This document shows, one piece after another, positions 37,298-47,570 of a stretch of DNA of 64,000 nt. The DNA lies in NCBI GenBank assembly GCA_964501135.1, contig CAZCRI010000002.1:29644-93643 (forward strand). Reading direction: 5' to 3'. The notes beneath the pieces are model-generated. The model worked only from the letters and a program-made list of their open reading frames with translations. It was not told the DNA's origin and made no database searches. The translations under genes and the position numbers were made by a program. Within the stretch, counting starts at the first letter, position 1. Each line of letters starts with the position of its first letter. The stretch is from an uncultured Candidatus Saccharibacteria bacterium (GTDB taxonomy: Bacteria; Patescibacteriota; CPR2; UBA1875; CAIMLA01).

Positions 37298-38354
37298 CTT
37301 TTTCTTTCGGATCAGGGCAAACATCTGGTTTCTTCTCTTCGAAGCCCCCAATATTTGCTATTTCTGCCTTTATTGAAGGGTGTGATTCGTAACCGATTAG
37401 TTCTATATCTTCAAATTTAAAGTCGTCAATATTCTTGATTTCTGGGTTCAGTCTTACCGTAGGGAAAGCATAAGGTTCACGTGATAGTTGCTCGTGGACG
37501 GCATCAAAATGATTGCTATAGATGTGAACATCGCCAAAGGAGTGAACAAACTCCCCAGGCTCCAAGCCTGTCACCTGAGCCACCATCAATAACAGCAATG
37601 CATAACTTGCGATGTTAAAAGGTACCCCAAGAAATGAATCTGCACTTCGCTGGTATAAGCCAAGATTTAATTTGTTTCCTTCTGTGACCGCAAACTGAAA
37701 AGTAGTATGACAAAATGGTGGAACCTGACTCTTGTTCTTCTCTGAAGCCATAGCATAGATAAAATCTGGGTTCCAGGCAGAAACAACGTAGGATTTCCTA
37801 AAGGGCTTATCTTTTAGGCCCTGAATAACCCAACCAAGCTGATCTATTTCTCTACCGTCAGAGGCAGGCCATCGCCTCCACATACGACCATATATCGTAA
37901 CCAAATCGCCCCACTTTACGACAAACGGATCATCAGCTGGTAATGACTTTAGCTTAGAGATAAAATCTTTCTGTTCCATATCTGCCGATGGGTCGTTTTT
38001 TACGCAGTGCATATGGTAATGCTTCCAGGCCCACTCATCCCAAATATGGACGTCATGGTCAACTAGATATTTGATATTTGAAGAACCAGATAGGAACCAG
38101 AGTAATTCCTCAATGATTCCGCGCATGAAAACTTTTTTTGTTGTCAGGACAGGCAAGCCCTTACTTAGGTCAAAACGTATCTGACGCCCAAAAACCGAAC
38201 GAATAAAGGGTGGTTTTTCTCCTTTCGAAGCATACTGGTCACGAACTTCCTGATTAAAGAAAACTTCTTTGTCCGAACCGTTATCTAGGATGTCTTGCAA
38301 AAGATCCAGGTATTGATATTCAGGGTGTCGTTTTTCTGCCATTATTCGCTCCAA
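37275..38354 (-). CDS. thyA: thymidylate synthase (ThyA, long form with C-terminal acidic tail)
   Basis: ThyA fold with catalytic Cys region; 359 aa. Confidence 0.8.
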   Translation of the reverse strand: MERIMAEKRHPEYQYLDLLQDILDNGSDKEVFFNQEVRDQYASKGEKPPFIRSVFGRQIRFDLSKGLPVLTTKKVFMRGIIEELLWFLSGSSNIKYLVDHDVHIWDEWAWKHYHMHCVKNDPSADMEQKDFISKLKSLPADDPFVVKWGDLVTIYGRMWRRWPASDGREIDQLGWVIQGLKDKPFRKSYVVSAWNPDFIYAMASEKNKSQVPPFCHTTFQFAVTEGNKLNLGLYQRSADSFLGVPFNIASYALLLLMVAQVTGLEPGEFVHSFGDVHIYSNHFDAVHEQLSREPYAFPTVRLNPEIKNIDDFKFEDIELIGYESHPSIKAEIANIGGFEEKKPDVCPDPKEKDDEKTNN

Positions 38355-38360
38355 TCTGGA

Positions 38361-38900
38361 TTAAACTTGTACTTCTTGTCCGTCGGTAGTTACTCTGCCG
38401 CCTTGCCACTGACCGCGATAAAGGTGAGTAGCGCCGTTTACTTCATGAAAAACCACATGACAAAGGCGAGCACCCATCTCGAGCTTGACCTCACAAGGTC
38501 CAACATTTGCAAAAGCAAAAGTCAGCTCTCCGGAGTAACCGGGGCCGCCAAGGGCAGAACGGAACATCAGGCCCATGCGCTGCATAGTAGAACGTGGTTT
38601 AAACTCTGCAACAAGATTTTCGGGAATATTTACTTTCTCAATAGTTTTAAAGAGGAAGTAATCACCCGGCTTAACTACAAAGGTAGTAACTTTACCTTCA
38701 ACATATTTGGCTACCGATTCGATATCGCAGGTTTTTCGCTCAGTTTCGCCGAGGTAACCCTCGCCAGAAATTTTGAAAAGTTCTCCAACACGTAAATCAA
38801 AACCAGTACCCTCAGGGTTGGTAAGTTCACGTTCACAGAGGTTTTCGACCAAATTATCGCTCTTAACAAGCTCTAGTAGCTTATCTACTCCAAGTACCAT
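38361..38900 (-). CDS. dcd: dCTP deaminase
   Basis: 179 aa dUTPase-fold Dcd family. Confidence 0.75.
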   Translation of the reverse strand: MVLGVDKLLELVKSDNLVENLCERELTNPEGTGFDLRVGELFKISGEGYLGETERKTCDIESVAKYVEGKVTTFVVKPGDYFLFKTIEKVNIPENLVAEFKPRSTMQRMGLMFRSALGGPGYSGELTFAFANVGPCEVKLEMGARLCHVVFHEVNGATHLYRGQWQGGRVTTDGQEVQV

Positions 38901-39568
38901 TACTTCTCCTCCTTGTTCTTAGGTTTACCGTATACTAGTTCATTTCCCTTGATCTTGCCGTTTTCATCGCGCTTGATTAAATGCTCTAGAGACTTATACA
39001 GTGCCGCCGCAACACGATCCTTTGGTATCATCTCGGTTTCTACCCCGGCTTCTGCCAGAAGTTGATCGCTAAAAGCACTGTTTGGCAACTTTTCAGTGTA
39101 AACAATCTTTTTGATGCCAGCATTAATAAGGAGCCTAGTGCAATCTACACAAGGAAAGGCGATAGTATACATAATAGAATCCTTGGTAGGCGCTCCGCCA
39201 TTGAAAGCAACACTGACAATCGCATTCGCTTCAGCATGAGTGGCGAGGCAATTGTGATACATTTTATCGTTCTTGTCAGTTCTCGCCGCCTCTCGCATAC
39301 AACCAACGCCGCGTTCGATACAATCTCGTACCCCTTTTGGTGCACCGTTATAACCGATTCCAATGAGTGCCTTATCTTTCACAAGGACTGCACCGAGCTG
39401 TCTATCTAGACAGGTACTGCGAACCGAAATGTAGTAACACATTCCCATCCAGTAAATATCAAAGTCAGCACGTTCCCCAACTAGGTGAGCAAGCTCTTCA
39501 GGGATTTTTACCATATCACGGAGTTCTTTGGTAGTGATACTACCATCTGCGTTCGGAGTCATAGCCAC
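38900..39568 (-). CDS. dCMP deaminase (ComEB-like, zinc-dependent)
   Basis: HAE(ANAI) ... PCVDC zinc motifs of the cytidine/deoxycytidylate deaminase family. Confidence 0.75.
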   Translation of the reverse strand: MAMTPNADGSITTKELRDMVKIPEELAHLVGERADFDIYWMGMCYYISVRSTCLDRQLGAVLVKDKALIGIGYNGAPKGVRDCIERGVGCMREAARTDKNDKMYHNCLATHAEANAIVSVAFNGGAPTKDSIMYTIAFPCVDCTRLLINAGIKKIVYTEKLPNSAFSDQLLAEAGVETEMIPKDRVAAALYKSLEHLIKRDENGKIKGNELVYGKPKNKEEK

Positions 39569-39623
39569 CTTAAATTATCAGTACTAACTATTTTACAGGA
39601 ATAGAGGAGTGAAATAAAGGCGA

Positions 39624-41558
39624 TTAACGCGAATAATACCACTTTAATACATCGTTCGCAGCAGGTGCAGCATAGACATCACCGCCGCCTGCACCCTCGA
39701 TTAGGATTGCCATCGCAATAGGATTATTCACATCCTTAGAAAAACAGATAAACCAAGCGTGAGACTTACTGTTATTCGGCCCAAATTGAGCGGTACCCGT
39801 TTTGGCATACATCTCTACCGGAATGTCTTGCAAAACCCGCCCTGAACCGGCAGTTACAGTCTGACGCATTGCCCGCTGTACAATGTCCATAGTCTCCGCT
39901 TTGACGATATTTTTACGAATTACTTTTCCCGTTTTACTCTCGATTACTTTGCCTTCACTATCCAAAATCTGATTTACAAAAGTTGGCTCGTAGAGAGTAC
40001 CGCCGCTAGCGATGGCTGCAGTAGCATTTGCCATCTGGAGAGGAGTTACGAGCACATCACCCTGGCCAATCGCCATATGATAGGTATCACCCAAATACCA
40101 AGGTTCATTGAACAAACGTAACTTCCAATCAGGGTCGGGGATACTTCCTTTCGCTTCGCCACCAATATCGATGCCAGAGTAGGCGTCAAAGCCAAATTTA
40201 TCCAGATAACTCTTAATCTTCTCTGGTCCCAACCCCTTGATATCACCATAGCCACCACCAATGGCATAGAAAAAGGTATTAACCGATTCAGCAATTGCCT
40301 TCAACACATTAGTTACACCGTGACCCCCTGCCTTCCAGTCTGGAAAGGTGAAGTCGCCTATTTTAATCCCACCCGTAGAGTTGACTATAGTACTTTCAGT
40401 AATATTCCCCTCTTCCAGTGCCGCCGCAGCAACAAAGGGTTTAATGGTAGAACCTGAAGGATATTCACCAGCTACCGCCCTGTTTAACAGTGGGGTGTCC
40501 TCATCTTCAAGCAATTTTTTGTAGTCATCGCTACTAATACCGTTGGCAAAGAGGTTATTGTCATAGGTAGGGAGGCTGGCCATGGCGAGCACTTGTCCAT
40601 TACTTGGGTTTATTGCCACTGCCGTCGCCCGCTTAACATTCGCCTTCCCCATCTGATTCTTCAGTGAATCTACCAGGTGCTGCTGGAGTTCAAAGTCGAT
40701 GGAGAGCTTGACCCCGTTGCCCGGTACCGGATCAACCCGACCTAAGACATTTTTTACTTTACCAGTCGAATCTACTTCGTATCGATCACTGCCCATTTTC
40801 CCACGGAGCTTAGACTCATACGATTTCTCTAACCCCGATTTACCAATATAGTCAGTAAGCAGATAATCCCCGCCAACATTTTTTAGCTCCTCAGCAGAGA
40901 TTCTCCCTACATAACCAAATACGTGCGAGAGCAAACCACTGTCTAGATACTCACGGATTGGATTAACTTCGATATGGACTCCGGGGAGATTAGTAATTCT
41001 CGACTCAAAGAGAATCGATTGATCCTTAGTAAGATTCTTAGCTAGTAATACCGGCTGGGTAGAGTGATCTCCGTTTGCAGAAATCTTCTTTTTTAGTTCA
41101 TCAATCGCAGTTCCAGAAATATTTGCGATCTCGGCCAGAGCCTTCTCGCGCTCCTTCGGATCTAGAGGAAGATCACTAGGAGTTACTGACAAATCGTAAT
41201 TTGGTACATTCTTTACCAGCGGTTTCCCTTTTGTGTCAAAGATAATTCCTCGCGGTGCCCGGATTGGGACATCGTGAACATAGTTATTCTCCGCCTTGGA
41301 AAGGTTCTTCTTGCCACTAATCACTTCCATGGTAAACAAACGGCCGGCAAGAACCGTCAGAAGAAGCAAAGAAACTCCGATTATTGCAATAAATGGTTCG
41401 TGTTTGCGGTCATTTTCGATGTTTGGAGCTTCGGCATCTGCGGGCATGATATGTTGTAGCCAACGTTCTGATTCTGCAGATTTAGAGCTTGCAACTTGCC
41501 AGCGTTTACTACCGCCCTCCAAATATACCAGTTTCTTAAAAATATCTTTATTTTTCAT
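39624..41558 (-). CDS. mrdA: penicillin-binding protein 2 (class B transpeptidase)
   Basis: SxxK (SGSTIKPF), KTGTA motifs; N-terminal TM; upstream of mreBCD. Confidence 0.8.
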   Translation of the reverse strand: MKNKDIFKKLVYLEGGSKRWQVASSKSAESERWLQHIMPADAEAPNIENDRKHEPFIAIIGVSLLLLTVLAGRLFTMEVISGKKNLSKAENNYVHDVPIRAPRGIIFDTKGKPLVKNVPNYDLSVTPSDLPLDPKEREKALAEIANISGTAIDELKKKISANGDHSTQPVLLAKNLTKDQSILFESRITNLPGVHIEVNPIREYLDSGLLSHVFGYVGRISAEELKNVGGDYLLTDYIGKSGLEKSYESKLRGKMGSDRYEVDSTGKVKNVLGRVDPVPGNGVKLSIDFELQQHLVDSLKNQMGKANVKRATAVAINPSNGQVLAMASLPTYDNNLFANGISSDDYKKLLEDEDTPLLNRAVAGEYPSGSTIKPFVAAAALEEGNITESTIVNSTGGIKIGDFTFPDWKAGGHGVTNVLKAIAESVNTFFYAIGGGYGDIKGLGPEKIKSYLDKFGFDAYSGIDIGGEAKGSIPDPDWKLRLFNEPWYLGDTYHMAIGQGDVLVTPLQMANATAAIASGGTLYEPTFVNQILDSEGKVIESKTGKVIRKNIVKAETMDIVQRAMRQTVTAGSGRVLQDIPVEMYAKTGTAQFGPNNSKSHAWFICFSKDVNNPIAMAILIEGAGGGDVYAAPAANDVLKWYYSR

Positions 41559-42055
41559 TAGCGAAATCTTTCCGAGGTAGTTTTCTCGACCCAGTCAAAG
41601 TATTTCACCAAAAGACGAAATATTAGGAGCTGAAATACAAAGAGAGACACAAGATTAAGTGCCACTCCTGTATATAAGCTTATATTAGTGTAGCTAACGG
41701 CAACCCTTTCCCAACCCGAGACTAAGATGATCAAATACCCGATTAGGGTTAGTAACCAGCCCGTTCTTTCCACGCCATAACTAGTAATTTTGGAGAAGAA
41801 GTTTTTTCCAATCATCGTCATAATAAGGAATGCCACTGAAAAGAACGGAAAGCTCGCCACTGTGAGACTGTCGTAAAACAAACCCAAAACAACAGCCAAA
41901 AGGTAAGGGAAAATCGTTTTGTCTTTTAGGGAATAGATTGCCAAAAAGGGCAAAACAAAGGTTATTTGCGACGAAAATGGCCAAAAATGTGGCAACAAAC
42001 TAACGTTTAGCGCACTAATTACAAAGGTAAATAAAAATGCAGAAAGGTATAACAT
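41558..42055 (-). CDS. mreD: rod shape-determining protein MreD
   Basis: 165 aa polytopic membrane protein downstream of mreC. Confidence 0.55.
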   Translation of the reverse strand: MLYLSAFLFTFVISALNVSLLPHFWPFSSQITFVLPFLAIYSLKDKTIFPYLLAVVLGLFYDSLTVASFPFFSVAFLIMTMIGKNFFSKITSYGVERTGWLLTLIGYLIILVSGWERVAVSYTNISLYTGVALNLVSLFVFQLLIFRLLVKYFDWVEKTTSERFR

Positions 42056-42834
42056 TACTTTGCAATCATTACCCTTTCTATCTTCGAGAAATCTACCATC
42101 GGTAATAATTCTACATTTTGAAAAATAGAACCAGAGGCCTTCGAAATCTCGCCGACTTTAGCAATAATAATCCCCTTGGGCAAATCACCCCCCAAACCAG
42201 AAGTAACTACCAAGTCGTTTTCGGCGACATTCTCGCTCTGAGGAACCTGGTCCATCACAAGGCCGTTACCGATTATTCCTTTTGCGATCCCTGAAATATC
42301 CTTGCCTAAAACCACCGCTGGTATTGCGCTAGTACTATCAATAATCAGACTCACCTTTACCAAGTTTCCACTGACTTCAGAAACTCGACCAATCAGAAAA
42401 CCTTCTGCCATTACTGGACGCCCCTTTGTAATCCCTACTGTGGAATCTACCCGAATGTTGATACCGCTTCTTAGAGTTGGATCGAAAGAAACCACAGTTG
42501 CCGGCACTAGGTCTAAATTACTACTATTTTTGAAATTTAAATCCTTGCGTAAGGAGTCGTTCTCTTCTTTGGCAGTCTTGATCATTGCAATTTCCGAAAG
42601 GGCCGTGTTTAACTTGTTTTTAAGCGTAGAATTTTCTTTTTGCAGATTACCGATGTTTCCAATCCCGGAAAAAAAACCTGAGATATAATTTCCCGTATCG
42701 CTAATCACAATCCCAACTGGTGAAACAAACGACCCAAACCAACTAGCCACACCCAGATGAAAAGTCGAGTCCGCAAAAAGTAGTCCCAGCAGCAAGAAAA
42801 CCGTGAATATACTGGCATAAAGCTTATTTTGCAT
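42055..42834 (-). CDS. mreC: rod shape-determining protein MreC
   Basis: N-terminal TM + coiled coil + beta-rich C-terminal domain; position between mreB and mreD. Confidence 0.7.
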   Translation of the reverse strand: MQNKLYASIFTVFLLLGLLFADSTFHLGVASWFGSFVSPVGIVISDTGNYISGFFSGIGNIGNLQKENSTLKNKLNTALSEIAMIKTAKEENDSLRKDLNFKNSSNLDLVPATVVSFDPTLRSGINIRVDSTVGITKGRPVMAEGFLIGRVSEVSGNLVKVSLIIDSTSAIPAVVLGKDISGIAKGIIGNGLVMDQVPQSENVAENDLVVTSGLGGDLPKGIIIAKVGEISKASGSIFQNVELLPMVDFSKIERVMIAK

Positions 42835-42835
42835 A

Positions 42836-43891
42836 TTAAACCCTCGGTGATTTAGCGTACTGAGTGGTTACGAGAACGTCCTTTAAGAGATCAATGTCTT
42901 CTAACACCAGGCCTGTACCCCGAACCACTGAAGTCAATGGATCATCGGCAATATGGACCGGCATTTTTGTATTGAGTGCGAGCAAATGGTCGAGTCCGCG
43001 AAGCAGAGCTCCACCGCCAGCAAGCACAATCCCCTTTTCCATGATGTCGGCGACAAGCTCAGGCGGCGTCTCTTCTACGGTCATTTTCACTGCATCAACA
43101 ATAGACATCACCGACTTGGAAAGAGCCTGTCGTATCTGGTCGGAATCTACCGAAATTGCCTTTGGCAGTCCCGTCACCAAGTCTCTGCCGCGCATAACGG
43201 CTTCCAGGCGCTCCTCGGTAGGATATGCCGAGCCAATACTGATCTTGATATCTTCGGCTGTTCTCTCCCCTAGTAACAGATTAAACTCATCTTTTGCATA
43301 CTGGATAATATCTTCGTTTAGCTCATCACCAGCGATACGTAGAGAACGTGATGCGACGATACCGCCGAGTGAAACCACTGCCACTTCGGTCGTACCACCA
43401 CCAATATCGACAATCATAGAACCTGCTGCTTCTTGAATAGGCAATCTAGCCCCAATCGCTGCTGCCATTGGCTCCTCGATCAGAAAAGCTTGTCTGGCCC
43501 CGGCATTAATTGTAGCGTCCTCAACTGCGCGCTTCTCCACCTCCGTGACGCCAGAAGGAATACCGATAACAACGCGAGGTCTTGGGATTAAAGTAAAAGT
43601 TTCTTTATGAACTTTTTCGATAAAATATCGGAGCATCTGCTCAGTCACTTCAAAGTCGGATACCACCCCATCTACGAGAGGCCTACGCGCCACAATATTG
43701 GCTGGGGTTCTACCTACCATACGTTTGGCTTCTTCGCCAATCGCCAAAATTTGCTTTGTTTTTACGTTCAAAGCTACCACTGAAGGTTCATTGATTACGA
43801 TTCCGCGTCCCTTGACATAGACCAAAGTATTGGCCGTACCAAGGTCAATACCGATATCGTGCGAAAAATAACCAAAAAGCTTATTTAGCAT
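42836..43891 (-). CDS. mreB: rod shape-determining actin homologue MreB
   Basis: 351 aa actin-fold ATPase; DLGTANT... motifs. Confidence 0.9.
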   Translation of the reverse strand: MLNKLFGYFSHDIGIDLGTANTLVYVKGRGIVINEPSVVALNVKTKQILAIGEEAKRMVGRTPANIVARRPLVDGVVSDFEVTEQMLRYFIEKVHKETFTLIPRPRVVIGIPSGVTEVEKRAVEDATINAGARQAFLIEEPMAAAIGARLPIQEAAGSMIVDIGGGTTEVAVVSLGGIVASRSLRIAGDELNEDIIQYAKDEFNLLLGERTAEDIKISIGSAYPTEERLEAVMRGRDLVTGLPKAISVDSDQIRQALSKSVMSIVDAVKMTVEETPPELVADIMEKGIVLAGGGALLRGLDHLLALNTKMPVHIADDPLTSVVRGTGLVLEDIDLLKDVLVTTQYAKSPRV

Positions 43892-45146
43892 TTAGTTTCT
43901 CCGCCAGTACCGCCGTATACTCATCAAGCCTAACCATTTCGGCCTTGTCACTATTGCGGAGTTTAATCTCCAGGCTGTCGTTATCCAAAGTTTTCTTACT
44001 AACCACGACCCGTACTGGAATCCCGATAAGATCAGCATCTCCAAGCTTCGTCCCTGCTGATTCATCTCGATCATCGTAGATTACCTCGACACCGCGTTTC
44101 ACTAAGTCTTTGTATATTTTGTCCGCGGTTGCACGAACCTTATCATCCCCAAGAGATACTAGGACGACCGAAAAGGGAGCAATCGCCTTTGGCCAGATAA
44201 TCCCTCTCTCGTCGTGCGAAACCTCGACTACAGTGCCCATAAGGCGCCCAAGCCCAATGCCGTAACAGCCCGTAAGCACCACTTGTCGGTCACCGTTTTC
44301 ATCAGTGTAATTAACATCAAAGGCCTGAGTGTATTTATCTTTATTTTTAAAGATATTCCCTACTTCTACCGCCTTTGTCTCAGAAAGGTTACTCGAGCCA
44401 CACTCCGGACAGGTTTTTTGATCTTCAATCACCTCTTTATTGATTGCTACCCTACACTTCTTGCAGAGATAGATAATATCCTCACCAGCCTCGGTCTCGG
44501 TTTGAAATTCATGAGAAAAACGCGAAAAAGAACCGCCAGAAGCAAAGGTCAGGTAGGTCTTTTCGCCTATCCCACAACGATCAAAAATGTTGCGATATGA
44601 TTGTTTCATTACTTCATAGTAGCTATCCAAATCTGCCTGAGTAGCGTGAAACGAGTAGAGATCCTTCATCAAAAACTCACGCCCCCGAAGAATTCCCGAC
44701 TTGGCACGTTTTTCGTCACGAAATTTATTCTGAATCTGGTAAACATATTTCGGTAAGTCGCGATAAGATTCAATATACTTTTTCATCAAAGGCATCACTA
44801 CTTCTTCGTGCGTTGGCCCCAGCGCAAGCTCATTTTTGGTATAAAAACTCGTGAATTTATAAAGATTATCTTCGGTCTCCCACCTTCCAGTGCGAACCCA
44901 GTTTTCCTTTGGTTGAAGTGTCGGCATAAAGAGTTCTACACCGCCTGCCTTGTTCATCTCGTCTTTGATGATGTCAGAAATTTTGTCGATAACTCGAATT
45001 CCCAGTGGAAGGTAAGTATAAACACCGGCCATTAATTGGTCGACAAAATTACCTCGGAGTAATAAGTCAGCGTTTACGCTCTCTACCTGTTCCGAAGAAT
45101 CTTTACGGGTTTTTATTAAGAATTCACTATATTTCATTTGAACCAA
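43881..45146 (-). CDS. proS: prolyl-tRNA synthetase, bacterial-type core lacking the INS editing domain (short form with C4 zinc-ribbon-like insert)
   Basis: Class II motifs and FxxTxKE N-terminus aligned by eye with bacterial ProRS; only 421 aa; CKKC...CPEC insert where the editing domain normally sits. Confidence 0.75.
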   Translation of the reverse strand: MVQMKYSEFLIKTRKDSSEQVESVNADLLLRGNFVDQLMAGVYTYLPLGIRVIDKISDIIKDEMNKAGGVELFMPTLQPKENWVRTGRWETEDNLYKFTSFYTKNELALGPTHEEVVMPLMKKYIESYRDLPKYVYQIQNKFRDEKRAKSGILRGREFLMKDLYSFHATQADLDSYYEVMKQSYRNIFDRCGIGEKTYLTFASGGSFSRFSHEFQTETEAGEDIIYLCKKCRVAINKEVIEDQKTCPECGSSNLSETKAVEVGNIFKNKDKYTQAFDVNYTDENGDRQVVLTGCYGIGLGRLMGTVVEVSHDERGIIWPKAIAPFSVVLVSLGDDKVRATADKIYKDLVKRGVEVIYDDRDESAGTKLGDADLIGIPVRVVVSKKTLDNDSLEIKLRNSDKAEMVRLDEYTAVLAEKLNAK

Positions 45147-46288
45147 TCTATTATGTACTTAATGATACCAAAATTAAGCAAATCTTTCACGGTGATAATC
45201 AGGAAGAGGCCGATTATAAAGGCGAAACCCACGAGCTGGACAGTATTCTTGGTTCTGGCACTAAATTTACGTCTCATAACCATTTCTAGAGCGGTCACAA
45301 TGATTTGGCCACCATCTAATGCCGGAATGGGCAACACATTAAAGATTGCTAGACTGATGCTTAGAACGGCCGCAAATTGAAGCAATGGGACGAAACCAAG
45401 CTGGGCGAAGTAATTTGTCATCACAACAATCCCAACGGGCCCGGATACTTGGTTGCTAATCTGGAAGTGAAGCAACAGTTGACGGAATAAACCGATAATC
45501 CCGTCGAAAGTAAGGACGGTAACGTCCCAAACAGTCGCAAATGCAGCTCCAACTGACGAGAAGAAGTCACCATGAACGCTTCCCGTATTATCGAGCGTAA
45601 TCCCTACCCGACTAACCTCTCTCTCACTACCATTAGCTAGTTTAACCTTACTTTTATAGGCGGCTACATCCTTGGTAATTTCAGAATCACCTCTTTTGAT
45701 TACCAGTTTGGTGACGTTTGCTACTGGGTCTATCTTTGCCGATATAATCGAAACCACTTCGGTATCGGTGTGCACTACCTTACCATCAACCGATAGAATG
45801 ATATCTGAAGGCGCTAAACCTGCCTTAAACGCCGGTGAATCCTTCTCGACGGAGATAATCTTGACTCGCATGTCATTTGTAATTCCCTTGTGTCGAGACG
45901 CTCCTTCTAATATGGGTTGAAAACCGACGGTGTAGCAAATGGCAAATAACACAATCGCCAGGACAACATTCATCAGCACCCCAGCAATCATAATGATTAC
46001 AATTTGCCATGGCTCTTTCGCTGCCAAGCTGCCTGGGTCAACATTTGAAGCCTTCGGGTCACCAGTAAGCTCCTCTTCTTCGCCAAGCATACTAACGTAA
46101 CCGCCAAGTGGAATTAGATTGAGTTTATACTCAGTATCACCGACCTTCTTTTTAAATAAAGTTGGTGGAAAGCCAAAGGCAAAGGTCTTAACTGTCACTC
46201 CCATTAAGCGAGCAGCAAGAAAGTGGCCTAACTCATGGACAAAGACCAGCATTCCAAATACAAAGATAAAGGCTAGGGCTGTAATCAT
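45134..46288 (-). CDS. rseP: RIP zinc metalloprotease RseP
   Basis: HELGH, PDZ domain, LDGGQ motif. Confidence 0.85.
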   Translation of the reverse strand: MITALAFIFVFGMLVFVHELGHFLAARLMGVTVKTFAFGFPPTLFKKKVGDTEYKLNLIPLGGYVSMLGEEEELTGDPKASNVDPGSLAAKEPWQIVIIMIAGVLMNVVLAIVLFAICYTVGFQPILEGASRHKGITNDMRVKIISVEKDSPAFKAGLAPSDIILSVDGKVVHTDTEVVSIISAKIDPVANVTKLVIKRGDSEITKDVAAYKSKVKLANGSEREVSRVGITLDNTGSVHGDFFSSVGAAFATVWDVTVLTFDGIIGLFRQLLLHFQISNQVSGPVGIVVMTNYFAQLGFVPLLQFAAVLSISLAIFNVLPIPALDGGQIIVTALEMVMRRKFSARTKNTVQLVGFAFIIGLFLIITVKDLLNFGIIKYIIDWFK

Positions 46289-46995
46289 GCGCCAAATCTC
46301 CGATCACGCAGATTGTACTCTGCGATTGCTTTATCGAGCTCCCCTGTATCAAAATCAGGCCAACAAGTATCTGTAAAATAGAGCTCGGCATATGGTGACT
46401 GCCATAGTAGGAAACCAGAGAGCCGATACTCTCCTGAAGTCCTAACAATCAGGTCTGGATCTGGCTGCCCTGCCTCGAAAATTAAACTAGAAAATAGCTC
46501 TTCAGTGACAGCTTCCGGTGCGACACCTGAAGCCACAATCTGACGAGTCACGTTTAATATCTCGTCACGACCACCGTAGGAGAGGCCAATGTTAAAGGTA
46601 AGCCTTGTATTGTCCTTTGTTTTTTCCATGGCCTGCTGGGCCAGTTTCTGAACCTTCTTGGGAAAGTCGGTAAGTCTACCAATCACGTTGAGGCGAACAT
46701 CCTTTTCGTGGAGCTCGTCAATCTTATCCCGAAATATCTGTTCGATAAGACCGATAAGATAGTTGATCTCGGCCTCACTGCGATCCCAATTTTCAGTAGA
46801 AAAAGCCCAAACTGTCATATGTTTGATCCCGCGATCCGCACAGGTCTCCACCAATGGCAGTAAGGCGTCATATAATCCACGGCGATGACCTTCGAGGGTC
46901 GGTAGATTATGCGCCTTGGCCCAGCGGCGGTTTCCATCCATAATAAAAGCTACGTGCTTCGGCATGTTAGTTGTATGCTGAGCAGCTTTTGCCAT
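46285..46995 (-). CDS. uppS: undecaprenyl pyrophosphate synthase
   Basis: MDGNRRWA motif, 236 aa. Confidence 0.9.
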   Translation of the reverse strand: MAKAAQHTTNMPKHVAFIMDGNRRWAKAHNLPTLEGHRRGLYDALLPLVETCADRGIKHMTVWAFSTENWDRSEAEINYLIGLIEQIFRDKIDELHEKDVRLNVIGRLTDFPKKVQKLAQQAMEKTKDNTRLTFNIGLSYGGRDEILNVTRQIVASGVAPEAVTEELFSSLIFEAGQPDPDLIVRTSGEYRLSGFLLWQSPYAELYFTDTCWPDFDTGELDKAIAEYNLRDRRFGA

Positions 46996-47552
46996 TAGAC
47001 TTCTAAAAGTTCCTTTTCCTTCTGGACTAAGATTTCTTCTACTTTCTTGTTGTAAGAATCAACTTGTTTCTGAATTTCAGCCTCACCGCGGTACATGTCG
47101 TCTTCACTGATTTCACCGTCGGTTTTAGCCTTCTTGATTGCGTTCCAGGCTTCTGTGCGGGCGTTACGGATACCAACGCGCGCTTCCTCGGCTTTCTCTT
47201 TGGCAATCTTGACGTAATCCCGGCGACGATCTTCGGTAAGTTCAGGGATATTGATGCGGACTACATCGCCCGTGTTTACTGGGTTGAACCCCATATCACT
47301 ATCGCGAATTGCAGACTCGATCTGACCGACAATTCCTTTGTCCCATGGCTGAATCAAAATCTGCCTTGCTTCTGGAATAGTAATATTGGCAACCTGTTTC
47401 AGCTGTTGTTTTGAGCCATAGGCTGTAACCAGAAGGTCATCAACCATCGATACCGATGCTCGACCGGTGTGAATATTAGAGAGTTCTGAAACAAGAAATT
47501 CAATTGATTTATCGAGCTTAGCTGGTAATCCTTTTAGTATTGCGTCCACCAT
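46995..47552 (-). CDS. frr: ribosome recycling factor
   Basis: 185 aa RRF family. Confidence 0.9.
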   Translation of the reverse strand: MVDAILKGLPAKLDKSIEFLVSELSNIHTGRASVSMVDDLLVTAYGSKQQLKQVANITIPEARQILIQPWDKGIVGQIESAIRDSDMGFNPVNTGDVVRINIPELTEDRRRDYVKIAKEKAEEARVGIRNARTEAWNAIKKAKTDGEISEDDMYRGEAEIQKQVDSYNKKVEEILVQKEKELLEV

Positions 47553-47570
47553 TTCTTTGCTCCTAACTTG

